Shown here: piece after piece, positions 11,364 through 22,274 of the stretch
How positions within the stretch are numbered: position 1 is the first letter of the stretch
Layout: the number at the start of each line of letters is the position of its first letter
Assembly (NCBI GenBank): GCA_002269645.1
Contig: NIVC01000186.1
Span: 496,001 to 560,000 of the forward strand
From: Macrostomum lignano
Lineage: Eukaryota
Length of the DNA: 64,000 nt
Direction: 5' to 3'
Position numbers and translations under genes: made by a program
The notes under the pieces: model-generated
What the model was told of the DNA's origin: nothing
What the model saw: only the letters and a program-made list of their open reading frames with translations
The model's database searches: none

Positions 11364-13319
11364 ATGCAGATCGTCAATTATTACTGCTGTTATTTCGCAT
11401 TAACTCTGTTAGCGTCCTGCACTCGTAAGTTTTCTTGCTGAATATTTGCTACTTGGCAGGTTAAATAGTAGTTCTCTTACACTCTCTGTAGCGAATCGAT
11501 CTATATGTTTGCTTACTATTTTCAGTGATGGTCAGGTCTGAAGACCAGCACTGCATGAATGCGGCCCTGAAGGATATTAACGTTGAGACCGGCGACGACA
11601 ATCCACAGCGGGTAAAGGGCTCAACTGCATAATTGTACTCAGCCTCAGTTAGTTTTGTGTGCTCAAGTAGTGTACTTTAATGTTCATAAATGTACTCAGT
11701 GATTGAATTGGTATTCGTTGCTTAAATCTATGATGCTAAACACAAATATTTAGAAATTTTACGCTTCAGGTGATGACTTATGTTCGAGGTGAACTAGGCT
11801 ACCAGGTAAACCTGCAGTGCAAGTGGACTCTGCAGCCTGCCAACTACGATAATCCGAGGCAGATGTACATTCAGGTGCCCGTTATCGACTTTGACACCAA
11901 CAATGTGTCTGAGGCTCAGTGCAATATCTCCAATACCAAGGCGGATGTGTTCAGCCTGAAGTTAAAAATGAACGATAGTGAGTTTCTCAGCCGTTTCAGT
12001 TCAACTTGAATTATAATTTTACGATCTTCAGTTTTTGTTTTAGACTTTTTACCTTCATTTCAGCAACGTACCGAAATGAGTTCTGGTGCTCAAACAAATC
12101 AGTGAAAGTCAAGAGCCAAATCGTGAACTTGTGGGACTCGTGAGTGTCTTGAAGCATCTGTGATTTTGGACTGGCTATTCTCTAAAGTATTCATTATCAT
12201 ATTTGCTCTCTTACCTTTGCTCAGGTCGTACAAGCTGGCTTTGGAGTTCCGCTCTGATGATAAGCAAGTCCGGTCCAACGCCAAGGGAGTGCAGGTGGAT
12301 GTGCAGGTGCTGGGCAGAGATTATTGCCACAGGACCATGCTGTTCTTTGAGGGCTCCTGCTATCTGATAACACCTGAGCGCCTGACACCTGCTGAGGCGT
12401 TCAGCATCGCAAAGAATTACCTTGGCAACGTCTTCACGGTTCCTAAAAACAGAAACAACTCAGCCTTTTTCCGTCCCTTCATTCAGCGAAGTGAGTTTTA
12501 TTCACAGCTGGATGTTTTTTGAGGTGTGAAATTGTATCCTTAACAGTATTTTTTATCAGTTGAACCTGTAACGAAACTTGGCTAGCATGGTTGATTTTCC
12601 TCTATTTGTGCATCGCTGCAGACTCTGAAAGGTCAAAGGAGCTCCCCTTCGAGTCTCCGCTCGCCCTGTCCTCCCAGCAGCTGTGGACCGGCTACATCAT
12701 TCACTTCTGCGAGAGACAACCCTCGAGTGGTGCCTCTGTTGACACAGAATTCTCCGATCCACTGAACAACTGCCAACGGAGTATTCGAAATATGATGGTG
12801 TAAGTATAGTTATGACAGCATTTTTTGAAATTTTCTGCTTACTACCTATATAACGATCTTATCGTCAAATGTTTTTACAGGTTATTCAATTCTAGCAGCA
12901 GCTACAATGACCACTGCAGCCGCTGCGCCCTGTCCGTACACTGGGACAGCAGCAATAATCCAATTTTCACTTGTCAGTCAATGGATTTGAACCTGCCAGC
13001 GCTGATCGAGTTCAAGCAGATCCCAGCAACCAAAGGCGACTCGCAACCGCAGCTGTTCACAACTTGCGACATGCCGCAGCCGTCAGCCTCGTCCGACTAC
13101 AGCACAATGTCCGCCTCCTTTCAGATCACGATTATTGTTGTTAGTCTCATTATCATTCTCATTGTTCTCATCTCTGCAGCATATTGTTATGTTCAGAAAA
13201 TGAAATCAAATCGAGAACAGCCGCAGCGTCAGGAAGCGGTTGGGGATGTTAATAAAGATTCTAAAAGTGCGGACAGGTGTGACCTTCAATTGAGATCGAA
13301 TCCACTTTTGAATGCCTAA
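11364..13319 (+). CDS. Type I membrane CUB + C-type-lectin-like protein, paralogue 2 (about 437 aa)
   Basis: Exons 11364-11424, 11526-11611, 11770-11977, 12064-12139, 12225-12490, 12622-12799, 12881-13319; 1314 nt in frame. Exon sizes 86, 208 and 76 match paralogue 1. TM FQITIIVVSLIIILIVLISAAYCYV. AATAAA at about 13388. Confidence 0.88.
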
Positions 13320-13683
13320 GATTAGCATGTTTTGTAACGAGCCGCACTGGTTGAAACTGAGGCTTTATTAACAATCTACAAGTGGCAATAAAAACTGGCA
13401 GCCTAGTTTAGTCTAATCCAAGTCTAACCATTGTGCAATAAGTCACTATTTAGTCACATATTGTGCAATACATTTTTATAGTATTTGCCATTTATTTAAA
13501 TTAACCTTCCTTACGCTAAATTTTCTGTCCAGGGTACTTTTTTATCTATTTACTGCATGCAATAACCAACTGCGAGTATTGTACGAGCGTATTGTACTTT
13601 TATACCTTTTTTCAGCCTAGCTGATCTTTCAAGCGCAAATTCAATCATTTTACCACTTCACAGGGGCACTTTGCAGGGGCAGA

Positions 13684-15352
13684 GAATCTCTCCTTTCTAA
13701 GAATCGCTCCGAATCTTCCCTTTCTAAGAATCGCTCCATATATTCCCTTTCTAAGAATTGCTCTATATATTCCCTTTCTAAGAATCGCTCCATATATTCC
13801 CTTTCTAAGAATCGCTCCATATATTCCCTTTCTAAGAATCGCTCCATATATTCCCTTTCTAAGAATCGCTCTATATATTCCCTTTCTAAGAATCGCTCCA
13901 TATATTCCCTTTCTAAGAATCGCTCTATATATTCCCTTTCTAAGAATCGCTCTATATATTCCCTTTCTAAGAATCGCTCTACATATTCCCTTTCTAAGAA
14001 TCGCTCCATATATTCCCTTTCTAAGAATCGCTCCATATATTTCCTTTCTAAGAATCGCTCCATATATTCCCTTTCTAAGAATCACTCTATATATTCCCTT
14101 TCTAAGAATCGCTCTATATATTCCCTTTCTAAGAATCGCTCTACATATTCCCTTTCTAAGAATCGCTCCATATATTCCCTTTCTAAGAATCGCTCTATAT
14201 ATTCCCTTTCTAAGAATCGCTCCATATATTCCCTTTCTAAGAATCGCTCTATATATTCCCTTTCTAAGAATCGCTCTATATATTCCCTTTCTAAGAATCG
14301 CTCTACATATTCCCTTTCTAAGAATCGCTCCATATATTCCCTTTCTAAGAATCGCTCCATATATTTCCTTTCTAAGAATCGCTCCATATATTCCCTTTCT
14401 AAGAATCACTCTATATATTCCCTTTCTAAGAATCGCTCTATATATTCCCTTTCTAAGAATCGCTCTACATATTCCCTTTCTAAGAATCGCTCCATATATT
14501 CCCTTTCTAAGAATCGCTCTATATATTCCCTTTCTAAGAATCGCTCCATATATTCCCTTTCTAAGAATCGCTCTATATATTCCCTTTCTAAGAATCGCTC
14601 CATATATTCCCTTTCTAAGAATCGCTCCATATATTCCCTTTCTAATATCGCTCCATATATTCCCTTTCTAAGAATCGCTCCATATATTCCCTTTCTAAGA
14701 ATCGCTCTATATATTCCCTTTCTAAGAATCGCTCCATATATTCCCTTTCTAAGAATCGCTCCATATATTCCCTTTCTAAGAATCGCTCCATATATTCCCT
14801 TTCTAAGAATCGCTCCATATATTCCCTTTCTTAGAATCGCTCTATATATTCCCTTTCTAAGAATCGCTCCATATATTCCCTTTCTAAGAATCGCTCTATA
14901 TATTCCCTTTCTAAGAATCGCTCTATATATTCCCTTTCTAAGAATCGCTCTATATATTCCCTTTCTAAGAATCGCTCCATATATTCCCTTTCTAAGAATC
15001 GCTCTATATATTCCCTTTCTAAGAATCGCTCCATATATTCCCTTTCTAAGAATCGCTCCATATATTCCCTTTCTAAGAATCGCTCCATATATTCCCTTTC
15101 TAAGAATCGCTCCATATATTCCCTTTCTAAGAATCGCTCCATATATTCCCTTTCTAAGAATTGCTATATATATCCCTTTCTAAGAATCGCTCAATATATT
15201 CCCTTTCTAAGAATCGCTCTATATATTCCCTTTCTAAGAATCGCTCCATAAATTCCCTTTCTAAGAATCGCTGTATATATTCCCTTTCTAAGAATCGCTC
15301 CATATATTCTCTTTCTAAGAATCGCTCTATATATTCCCTTTCTAAGAATCGC
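13684..15352. repeat. Minisatellite, 27 bp unit CTTTCTAAGAATCGCTCYATATATTCC
   Basis: About 60 units; related to the P450 intron-1 array (17484-18483). Confidence 0.95.
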
Positions 15353-15353
15353 C

Positions 15354-15449
15354 CTAAACCACCCCTCACTAACCGAACCGGCAGGAGTTCGCGCAGCTAC
15401 ACGCCCAGTTTCTTGTCAACTGTGGTCGGGAATTTGATCCCCGTAGCAG
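15354..15449 (+). pseudogene. Orphan truncated duplicate of the P450 intron 1 3' end and exon 2 start
   Basis: CTAAACCACCCC..AACCGAACCGGCAG|GAGTTC.. matches 18485-18582. Encodes EFAQLHAQFLVNCGREFDPRSS vs EFEQLRAQFLANCGRDFDPRNS, then diverges to a stop. Confidence 0.85.
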
Positions 15450-15861
15450 TCCCCCTCATCTCAAACGCATTAATTAAAAGGAAATTTCGAGTTTAAAAAA
15501 CTCGTACCTGAAGATCATGGACTTCTTCGTTTGATTTTTTCGTGCTGATCTGCCCCCCCCCCCAAGTCTGTGCCATAGACGGCTGACAGAACGCCTGAAT
15601 GATTAAATTGGGTGCTCGCAGGATCAACAGCCACGCTGAAAAATTGTACGTTATACTTTAGACCCTTTAGATATGTTCGATATTTTTTTCTAGTTTGCTT
15701 GGCTAGCATATTATGTCGTAGTTCATCTTTGCTTTTATTCTACTAGCTCGTAGTTTCCAGACTCAAACTAGTCTTTGTTAAGGCTTTTTTACGAGACAAT
15801 AAACGTTTATTGCTCGATGCTAGTTCGTTGTTTTAGGTTTAGAGCACAGATACTAGAATAG

Positions 15862-16091
15862 CTAGGTGGGGGGCCACTCATCACATTTGCGTGTAAACTA
15901 CTTTCAGTTCAGTAGCAAGTTAAACAGAAGCATTTTACTGTATTTTTAAAGCTCATTTTGTCATTTATTGGCTCTTACCTCCCAGCCTAAACCCTTTATT
16001 CTTATAAAATAGCTTATACATTCTTCTTTGCTACTGAACTGAAAGTAGAAAGCTGTTTTACTAAGTATATATGACTGAGTGGCCTATCTAG
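15862..16091. mobile_element. MITE, CTAGATRGGCCACTC-terminus family, short copy
   Basis: GGCCACTCA..CTACTTTCAGTTCAGTAGCAA vs TTGCTACTGAACTGAAAGTAG..TGAGTGGCC. Both halves align to the ends of the 39700-40449 element. Confidence 0.75.
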
Positions 16092-16512
16092 TTCTTTTAG
16101 TATCCGTGGTTTAGAGCTATAGCGGGCACGATAGCGGGTGTCCAATGGGAAAGCGGGGATAAGCGGCTGCCTGAGAGAAAGCTTACCAAAGCTTACAGCT
16201 AAAATTATGTAACGATTTTGATTATTTAAAGTAGTAAACTTTGATATGAGCAATCTGAAAAACTAATTACGACCGTAACTGTGCAACATTAGTGCACGCA
16301 CTCATGGCAGCTGTCACTGTAACTTTATCTAGTATTTTATGCTCATGTTAATTTTACAGTATAAATTTTAATTTTAATAAATACATATTTGTAAACTTAA
16401 TAATTCGAATAGTTCCCTGACTCAAGCTAGTCTTTGTTCAGGTTTTTTATGAGACAATAAGCATCTACGAGCGTATATTAGTTCGCTTTTTCTGTTTAGA
16501 GCTAAGGCCATT

Positions 16513-16910
16513 GTCCAATCAGAGAGAGTGAAGCTAAGTCGGATGTCCAATCAGAGAGAGCGAGGCTAAGTCGGTCGTCCAATCAGAGAGAGCGGGGATA
16601 AGTCGGTTGTCCAATCAGAGAGAGCGGAGCTAAGTCGGGTGTCCAATCAGAGAGAGCGGGGCTAAGTCGGGTGTCCAATCAGAGAGAGCGGGGCTAAGTC
16701 GGGTGTCCAATCAGAGAGAGCGGGGCTAAGTCGGGTGTCCAATCAGAGAAAGCGGGGCTAAGTCGGGTGTCCAATCAGAGAGAGCGGGGCTAAGTCGGGT
16801 GTCCAATCAGAGAGAGTGGGGCTAAGTCGGGTGTCCAATCAGAGAGAGCGGGGCTAAGTCGGGTGTCCAATCAGAGAGAGCGGGGATAAGTCGGGTGTCC
16901 AATCAGAGAG
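16513..16910 (+). promoter_or_regulatory. 32-bp promoter minisatellite with 13 CCAATCAG boxes immediately upstream of the P450
   Basis: Unit TCCAATCAGAGAGAGCGGGGCTAAGTCGGGTG; CCAAT at 16515+32n (n=0-12), ending about 105 bp before the ATG at 17009. The repeat is certain; the regulatory role is inferred. Confidence 0.7.
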
Positions 16911-17008
16911 CGTGGTTAAGACTGGCTCCCATAGGTAATTGACAAATAGTAAATCTCTCACCGTTCCGCCATCTCAATCGATCAGCATTCCAGCAGCTCA
17001 TCGCCACA

Positions 17009-20000
17009 ATGCTGTCAGCCGGTACCGCCATTCTGTCCAGCCTGACGGGCCTGCTGCTGCTGCAGTACCTGTACGATAATTGGCGCAGACGGCGCGGCCC
17101 GCCCGGACCCTGGGGCGTGCCGCTGCTCGGCTGTCTGCTGCAACTGCGCCCCACCCTGTGGGACGCTGGCAGGCGATTTCGACGGCTATACGGTGACATT
17201 GTCCAGCTGCCAACTCTGCCGGGCAGAGAGGTGCTGCTAGTGCAGGGCTTCGAGGCCATCAGGGAGATGCTGGTGGCCAGCGGGGATCAGTTCAATGGTC
17301 GGCTGAGGAATTCCCTCCGGCTGCGGCTGCTGAACCCAGGGCACCGGGGCATCGCCGCCTCGATGGGGCCGTCCAGCGACACGCTGCGCCGGTTCTCGCT
17401 GCGCACGCTGAAGAATTTCGGCCTGGGGCGGGCGGAGAGCGAGCGCCGAATTCTGCAGGTCGGGCTTGGGATGACAGATTTCTGATTTCTCCTCTTTCTA
17501 AAAATCGTTCTGAGCTTTTCCTTTTCTAGGAATCGCTCCAAGCCTTAGCTTTCTAGGAATCGCTCCGAGCCTTAGCTTTGTAGGAATCGCTCCTATCCTT
17601 AGCTTTCTAGGAATCGCTCCAATCCTTAGCTTTCTAAGAATCGCTTCAAGCCTTAGATTTCTAAGAATCGTTTCAAATCTCCATTTCTGAGAATCGCTTC
17701 GAGCCCTACCTTTCTAATAATCGCTCCGAATCTCTCCTTTCTAAGAATATCTCTAAATCTCCCTTTTCTAAGAATCGCTCAGAATCTCTCTTTTTCTAAG
17801 AATCTCTCGAAATCTCCCCTTTCTAATAATCTCTCCGAATCTCTCTTTTCTAAGAATCGCTCCGAATCTCTCCTTTCTAAGAATCTCTCGAAATCTCCCC
17901 TTTCTAATAATCTCTCCGAATCTCTCCTTTCTAAGAATCGCTCCGAATCTCTCCTTTCTAAGAATCTCTCGAAATCTCCCCTTTCTAATAATCTCTCCGA
18001 ATCTCCCTTTTCTAATAATCGCTCCGAATCTCTCTTTTCTAAGAATCTCTCGAAATCTCCCCTTTCTAATAATCTCTCCGAATCTCTCTTTTTCTAAGAA
18101 TCTCTCGGAATCTCCCCTTTCTAATAATCTCTCCGAATCTCTCTTTTCTAAGAATCGCTCCGAATCTCTCTTTTCTAAGAATCTCTCGAAATCTCCCCTT
18201 TCTAATAATCTCTCCGAATCTCTCTTTTCTAAGAATCGCTCCGAATCTCTCTTTTCTAAGAATCTCTCGAAATCTCCCCTTTCTAATAATCTCTCCGAAT
18301 CTCTCTTTTCTAAGAATCGCTCCGAATCTCTCTTTTCTAAGAATCTCTCGAAATCTTCCATTTCTAATAATCTCTCCGAATCTCTCTTTTCTAAGAATCT
18401 CTAAAAATCTCCCCTTTCTAAGAATCGCTCAGAATCTCTCTTTTTCTAAGAATCGCTCCTAATCTCACCTTTCTAAGAATCGCGCTAAACCACCCCCTAA
18501 TTAACCGAACCGGCAGGAGTTCGAGCAGCTACGCGCCCAGTTTCTTGCCAACTGTGGTCGCGATTTCGATCCCCGCAACAGCATCAACAAGGCTGTGGCG
18601 CTGGTCACGCTGCGTTTTCTATTCGGCGACTTGGCAGCCTACGACAGCCAGGAGTTCAGCCAGTACCTGGAGGCCTCCAGCACTGTGCTGCGGTACCAGC
18701 AGGAGAACAGCATAATCAATGAGATTGCTCTTCGGGTGCCTTTCCGTGAGGCCTTGATTTAAATTTTTGGCTGTTACTGACTAATTTATTGTTTATCATC
18801 TGCAGTCAGCTGTTTTACGCTGCTGTTTCTGCGCAAATTTCAGTTTTCCGAATCGTTCCGGAGCGATGGCTCAACATCAAAAGGGTCTACAATGCTGTTC
18901 AGAAGCTGCTGGAGTTCAACCAGACACAGGTTTGTCTCTTGTCTGTCAGGGTGTCTGTCTGTCTGTCAGGGTGTCTGTCTGTCTGTCAGGGTGTCTGTCT
19001 GACTGTCAGGGTGTCTGTCTGTCAGGGTGTCTGTCTGACTGTCAGGGTGTCTGTCTGTCTGTCAGGGTGTCTGTCTGTCTGTCAGGGTGTCTGTCTGTCT
19101 GTCAGGGTGTCTGTCTGACTGTCAGGGTGTCTGTCTGTCTGTCAGGGTGTCTGTCTGTCTGTCAGGGTGTCTGTCTGACTGTCAGGGTGTCTGTCTGTCT
19201 GTCAGGGTGTCTGTCTGTCTGTCAGGGTGTCTGTCTGTCTGTCAGGGTGTCTGTCTGACTGTCGGGGTGTCTGTCTGTCTGTCAGGGTGTCTGTCTGTCT
19301 GTCAGGGTGTCTGTCTGTCTGTCAGGGTGTCTGTCTGACTGTCAGGGTGTCTGTCTGACTGTCAGGGTGTCTGTCTGACTGTCAGGGTGTCTGTCTGTCT
19401 GTCTGTCAGGGTGTCTGTCTGTCTGTCTGTCTGTCTGTCAGGGTGTCTGTCTGTCTGTCAGGGTGTCTGTCTGTCTGTCAGGGTGTCTGTCTGTCTGTCT
19501 GTCTGTCCGCGTCAGCCGTCAGTCCGCCCCTCCCCAGGTCACCGAGCACAAGCGCCGCATAGCCGAGGAAGGCGCCCCGCAGGAGCCCGGCAACTACACT
19601 GAGGCCTTCCTTATCGAGCAGATGAAGCCAGACTCGCCAGCCGAGCTGTTCAACGATGACCAGCTGGCCTACTGTCTGGCGGACTTATTCATTGCCGGCA
19701 GCGACACCACCACCAACACGCTGCTGTGGTCGCTGCTGCTCATGGCGGTGCACCCGGAGGTGCAGGACCGGGTGCACAGCGAGCTGGCTGGCGTGGTCGG
19801 CTCCGGCCGCCTGCCAAACATGCGGGACCGCCCGCTGCTGCCCTACACCGACGCCGTCATCCACGAAGTGATGCGCTACCGGCCGATCGCCGCCATGCTG
19901 CTGCCGCACACGCCGCTGGACCGGGCGGGCACCCGCCTGCGCAATTACTGGATTCCTGGCAACACGCTCATCGCCTTCAGCGTGATCTCCGTGCACCAGG

Positions 20001-20299
20001 ATCCCGGCCACTGGGCCACGCCGTTGGAGTTCAATCCCGGACACTTTCTAGACGAGACGGGCACCAAGTTCCGGCCGTCCGAGTATTTCATGCCGTTTGG
20101 CCTTGGCCGGCGAGCCTGCATGGGCGAGGCGCTGGCCAGGATGGAGACTTTCCTATTCTTCGCCTGCCTGATGCTGAGCTTCCAGGTGAGCCTGGACCCC
20201 GGCTGCCAGCCCGGCCCGCTAGACAAAATCCTGCAGGGCAACATGGCTGGCGGGGTGCTGGGGCCGCTGCCGTTCCGCATCAGAGCTCTGCCGAGATGA
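17009..20299 (+). CDS. Cytochrome P450, CYP2 clan (about 508 aa)
   Basis: Exons 17009-17458, 18517-18745, 18844-18929, 19538-20299 (1527 nt, in frame). N-terminal anchor, PPGP hinge, I-helix AGSDTT, K-helix EVMR, FNPGHF, haem motif FGLGRRACMG. Confidence 0.95.
17484..18483. repeat. P450 intron-1 minisatellite (about 26-28 bp, TTTCTAAGAATCGCTCCGAATCTCTC variants)
   Basis: Tandem units fill nearly the whole intron. Confidence 0.93.
18934..19510. repeat. P450 intron-3 repeat CTGTCAGGGTGT(CTGT)n
   Basis: About 20-24 bp units filling the intron. Confidence 0.93.
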
Positions 20300-20304
20300 G
20301 CGAC

Positions 20305-21082
20305 TGGGATTTGATGACTCACAGTGGGATTTGATGACTCGCTGGGGGATTTGATGACTAACTGTGGGATTTGATGACTCACAGTGGGATTTGATGACTC
20401 GCTGGGGGATTTGATGCTTCGCTGAGGGATTTGATGACTCACAGTGGGATTTGATGACTCACTGTGGGATTTGATGACTCACAGTGGGATTTGATGACTC
20501 ACTGTGGGATTTGATGACTCACAGTAGGATTTGATGACTCGCTGGGGGATTTGATGACTCACAGTGGGATTTGATGACTCACAGTGGGATTTGATGACTC
20601 GCTGGGGGATATGATGCTTCGCTGAGGGATTTGATGACTCACTGAAGGATTTGATGACTCACTGAGGGATTTGATGACTCACAGTGGGATTTGATGCTTT
20701 GCTGAGGGATTTGATGACTCACTGAGGGATTTGATGACTCACTGAGGGATTTGATCACTCACAGTGGGATTTGGTGACTCACAGTGGGATTTGATGACTC
20801 ACTGAGGGATTTGATGACTCACAGTGGGATTTGATGACTCACAGTGGGATTTGATGACTCACACTGGGGTTTGATGACTCACAGTGGGATTTGATGACTC
20901 GCTGGGGGATTTGATGACTCACAGTGGGATTTGGTGACTCACAGTGGGATTTGATGCTTTGCTGAGGGATTTGATGACTCACTGTGGGATTTGATGACTC
21001 GCTGGGGGATATTATGACTCACAGTGGGATTTGATGACTCACAGTGAGATTTGATGACTCACAGTGGGATTTGATGACTCGC
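20305..21082. repeat. 20-bp minisatellite GGGATTTGATGACTCACAGT directly after the P450 stop
   Basis: About 39 units; first ATTAAA at about 21089. Confidence 0.95.
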
Positions 21083-21956
21083 TTAATGATTAAAAGCCCG
21101 GAGTTGCGGTGTAACTTCATATTTTTGTCTCTTTACAAAGCCCTTGAAATGCGTTAAGCTTTTCTAAATGAAATCTACAGCTGCAGACTGGTAGGTTTGG
21201 TTGCTACTTCCAGTAGTGCGTTGCAGTTTTTAGAAAAAAATTCGAAATACTTTTTCAACTGATGGCCAAATCTTTTACACTGAGTTATGATGCTCTGTAC
21301 CGACTGTTCATGAGCTGTTCATGACCTTTTTTGCTCTGCCTGCACCTTTTGTCTTATTAAGCTCCACACCTGCAGACTCTATACGGATGTACTTTTACAG
21401 TTTTTAAACGTTTACCAACAGACACTTTGCGCTTTTTTGCACTTTTCCCTGTACTTTTATCTGCTCCGTCCGCCTAAAAGTACATCAGGTTTATCTTCAG
21501 CTGTTGAATTCAGTGTGCTATTGTTATTTATATTTGCAGAAATTATTTAACTTCCTAATATCATTGTATTTTATGTAAGGAAAATTAGCTAAAGAATACA
21601 CCAGTGTGATGTCGCTTCAAATATCTAACCCAAAAAATAAGATCAATATATGCTTGTTTATTTATTATGAAATATAACAGGCATTAAATAAAGCGCAATT
21701 TAGAATTTTTTATTTATATTAAGCAAATTAAACAGTTTTTTGGTATAATCAGCTGAACCAACTTAGCTGTGTGTAAATATGCAGGCAGCATATTGTTTCA
21801 AGAATTTTTAAGAAGTCCAGCATTCAGTTTAAGACACGGCCAACCGTATTCAACCCATGCTTCACCGATTGTCTATGGCCAAAACCGTGTATGGGGAGAA
21901 GTCTGCAACTGTGGCTACTAAACTGTCAGACCCAAAGATCATACGAGTATATATAC

Positions 21957-22274
21957 AAGATAGGCCACTCATTAACCGCTTATGTGGCCATAGAAGCTAA
22001 TGTGAAAAATGTTGCAACTTGCGACAGCGCGAAAATCAACTACTGAACTCAATTTCGTCAGTAGTCTCTGCAGTGCATGCATCATTATTAGCTTGATTGA
22101 GTAGCTTTTTATATAATTCATGAGAATTTCTATTAAATTCTCAAAAAATAGCGTCTATGTCCCTAAGCTACTGAACTCAAATTTATAAGCAACCCATGTC
22201 GGCTTTTTCACACAAGTGACGAAAAACAGCGGTCGTATTTTCCCTATTGTCACGATACAAAGTGGCCTATCTAG
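21957..22274. mobile_element. MITE, CTAGATRGGCCACTC-terminus family, third copy
   Basis: AGATAGGCCACT...AGTGGCCTATCT termini; internal CTACTGAACT motifs shared with the other copies. Confidence 0.55.

Noticed and set aside
13645-15369. ERFLEREY / GAILRKGIY repeat ORFs, and similar ones at 17768-18361
   Set aside because: Minisatellite translations.
20305-21082. C/D-box snoRNA cluster (TGATGA and CTGA in the units)
   Set aside because: The boxes are only a few nt apart, with no guide region or terminal stem.
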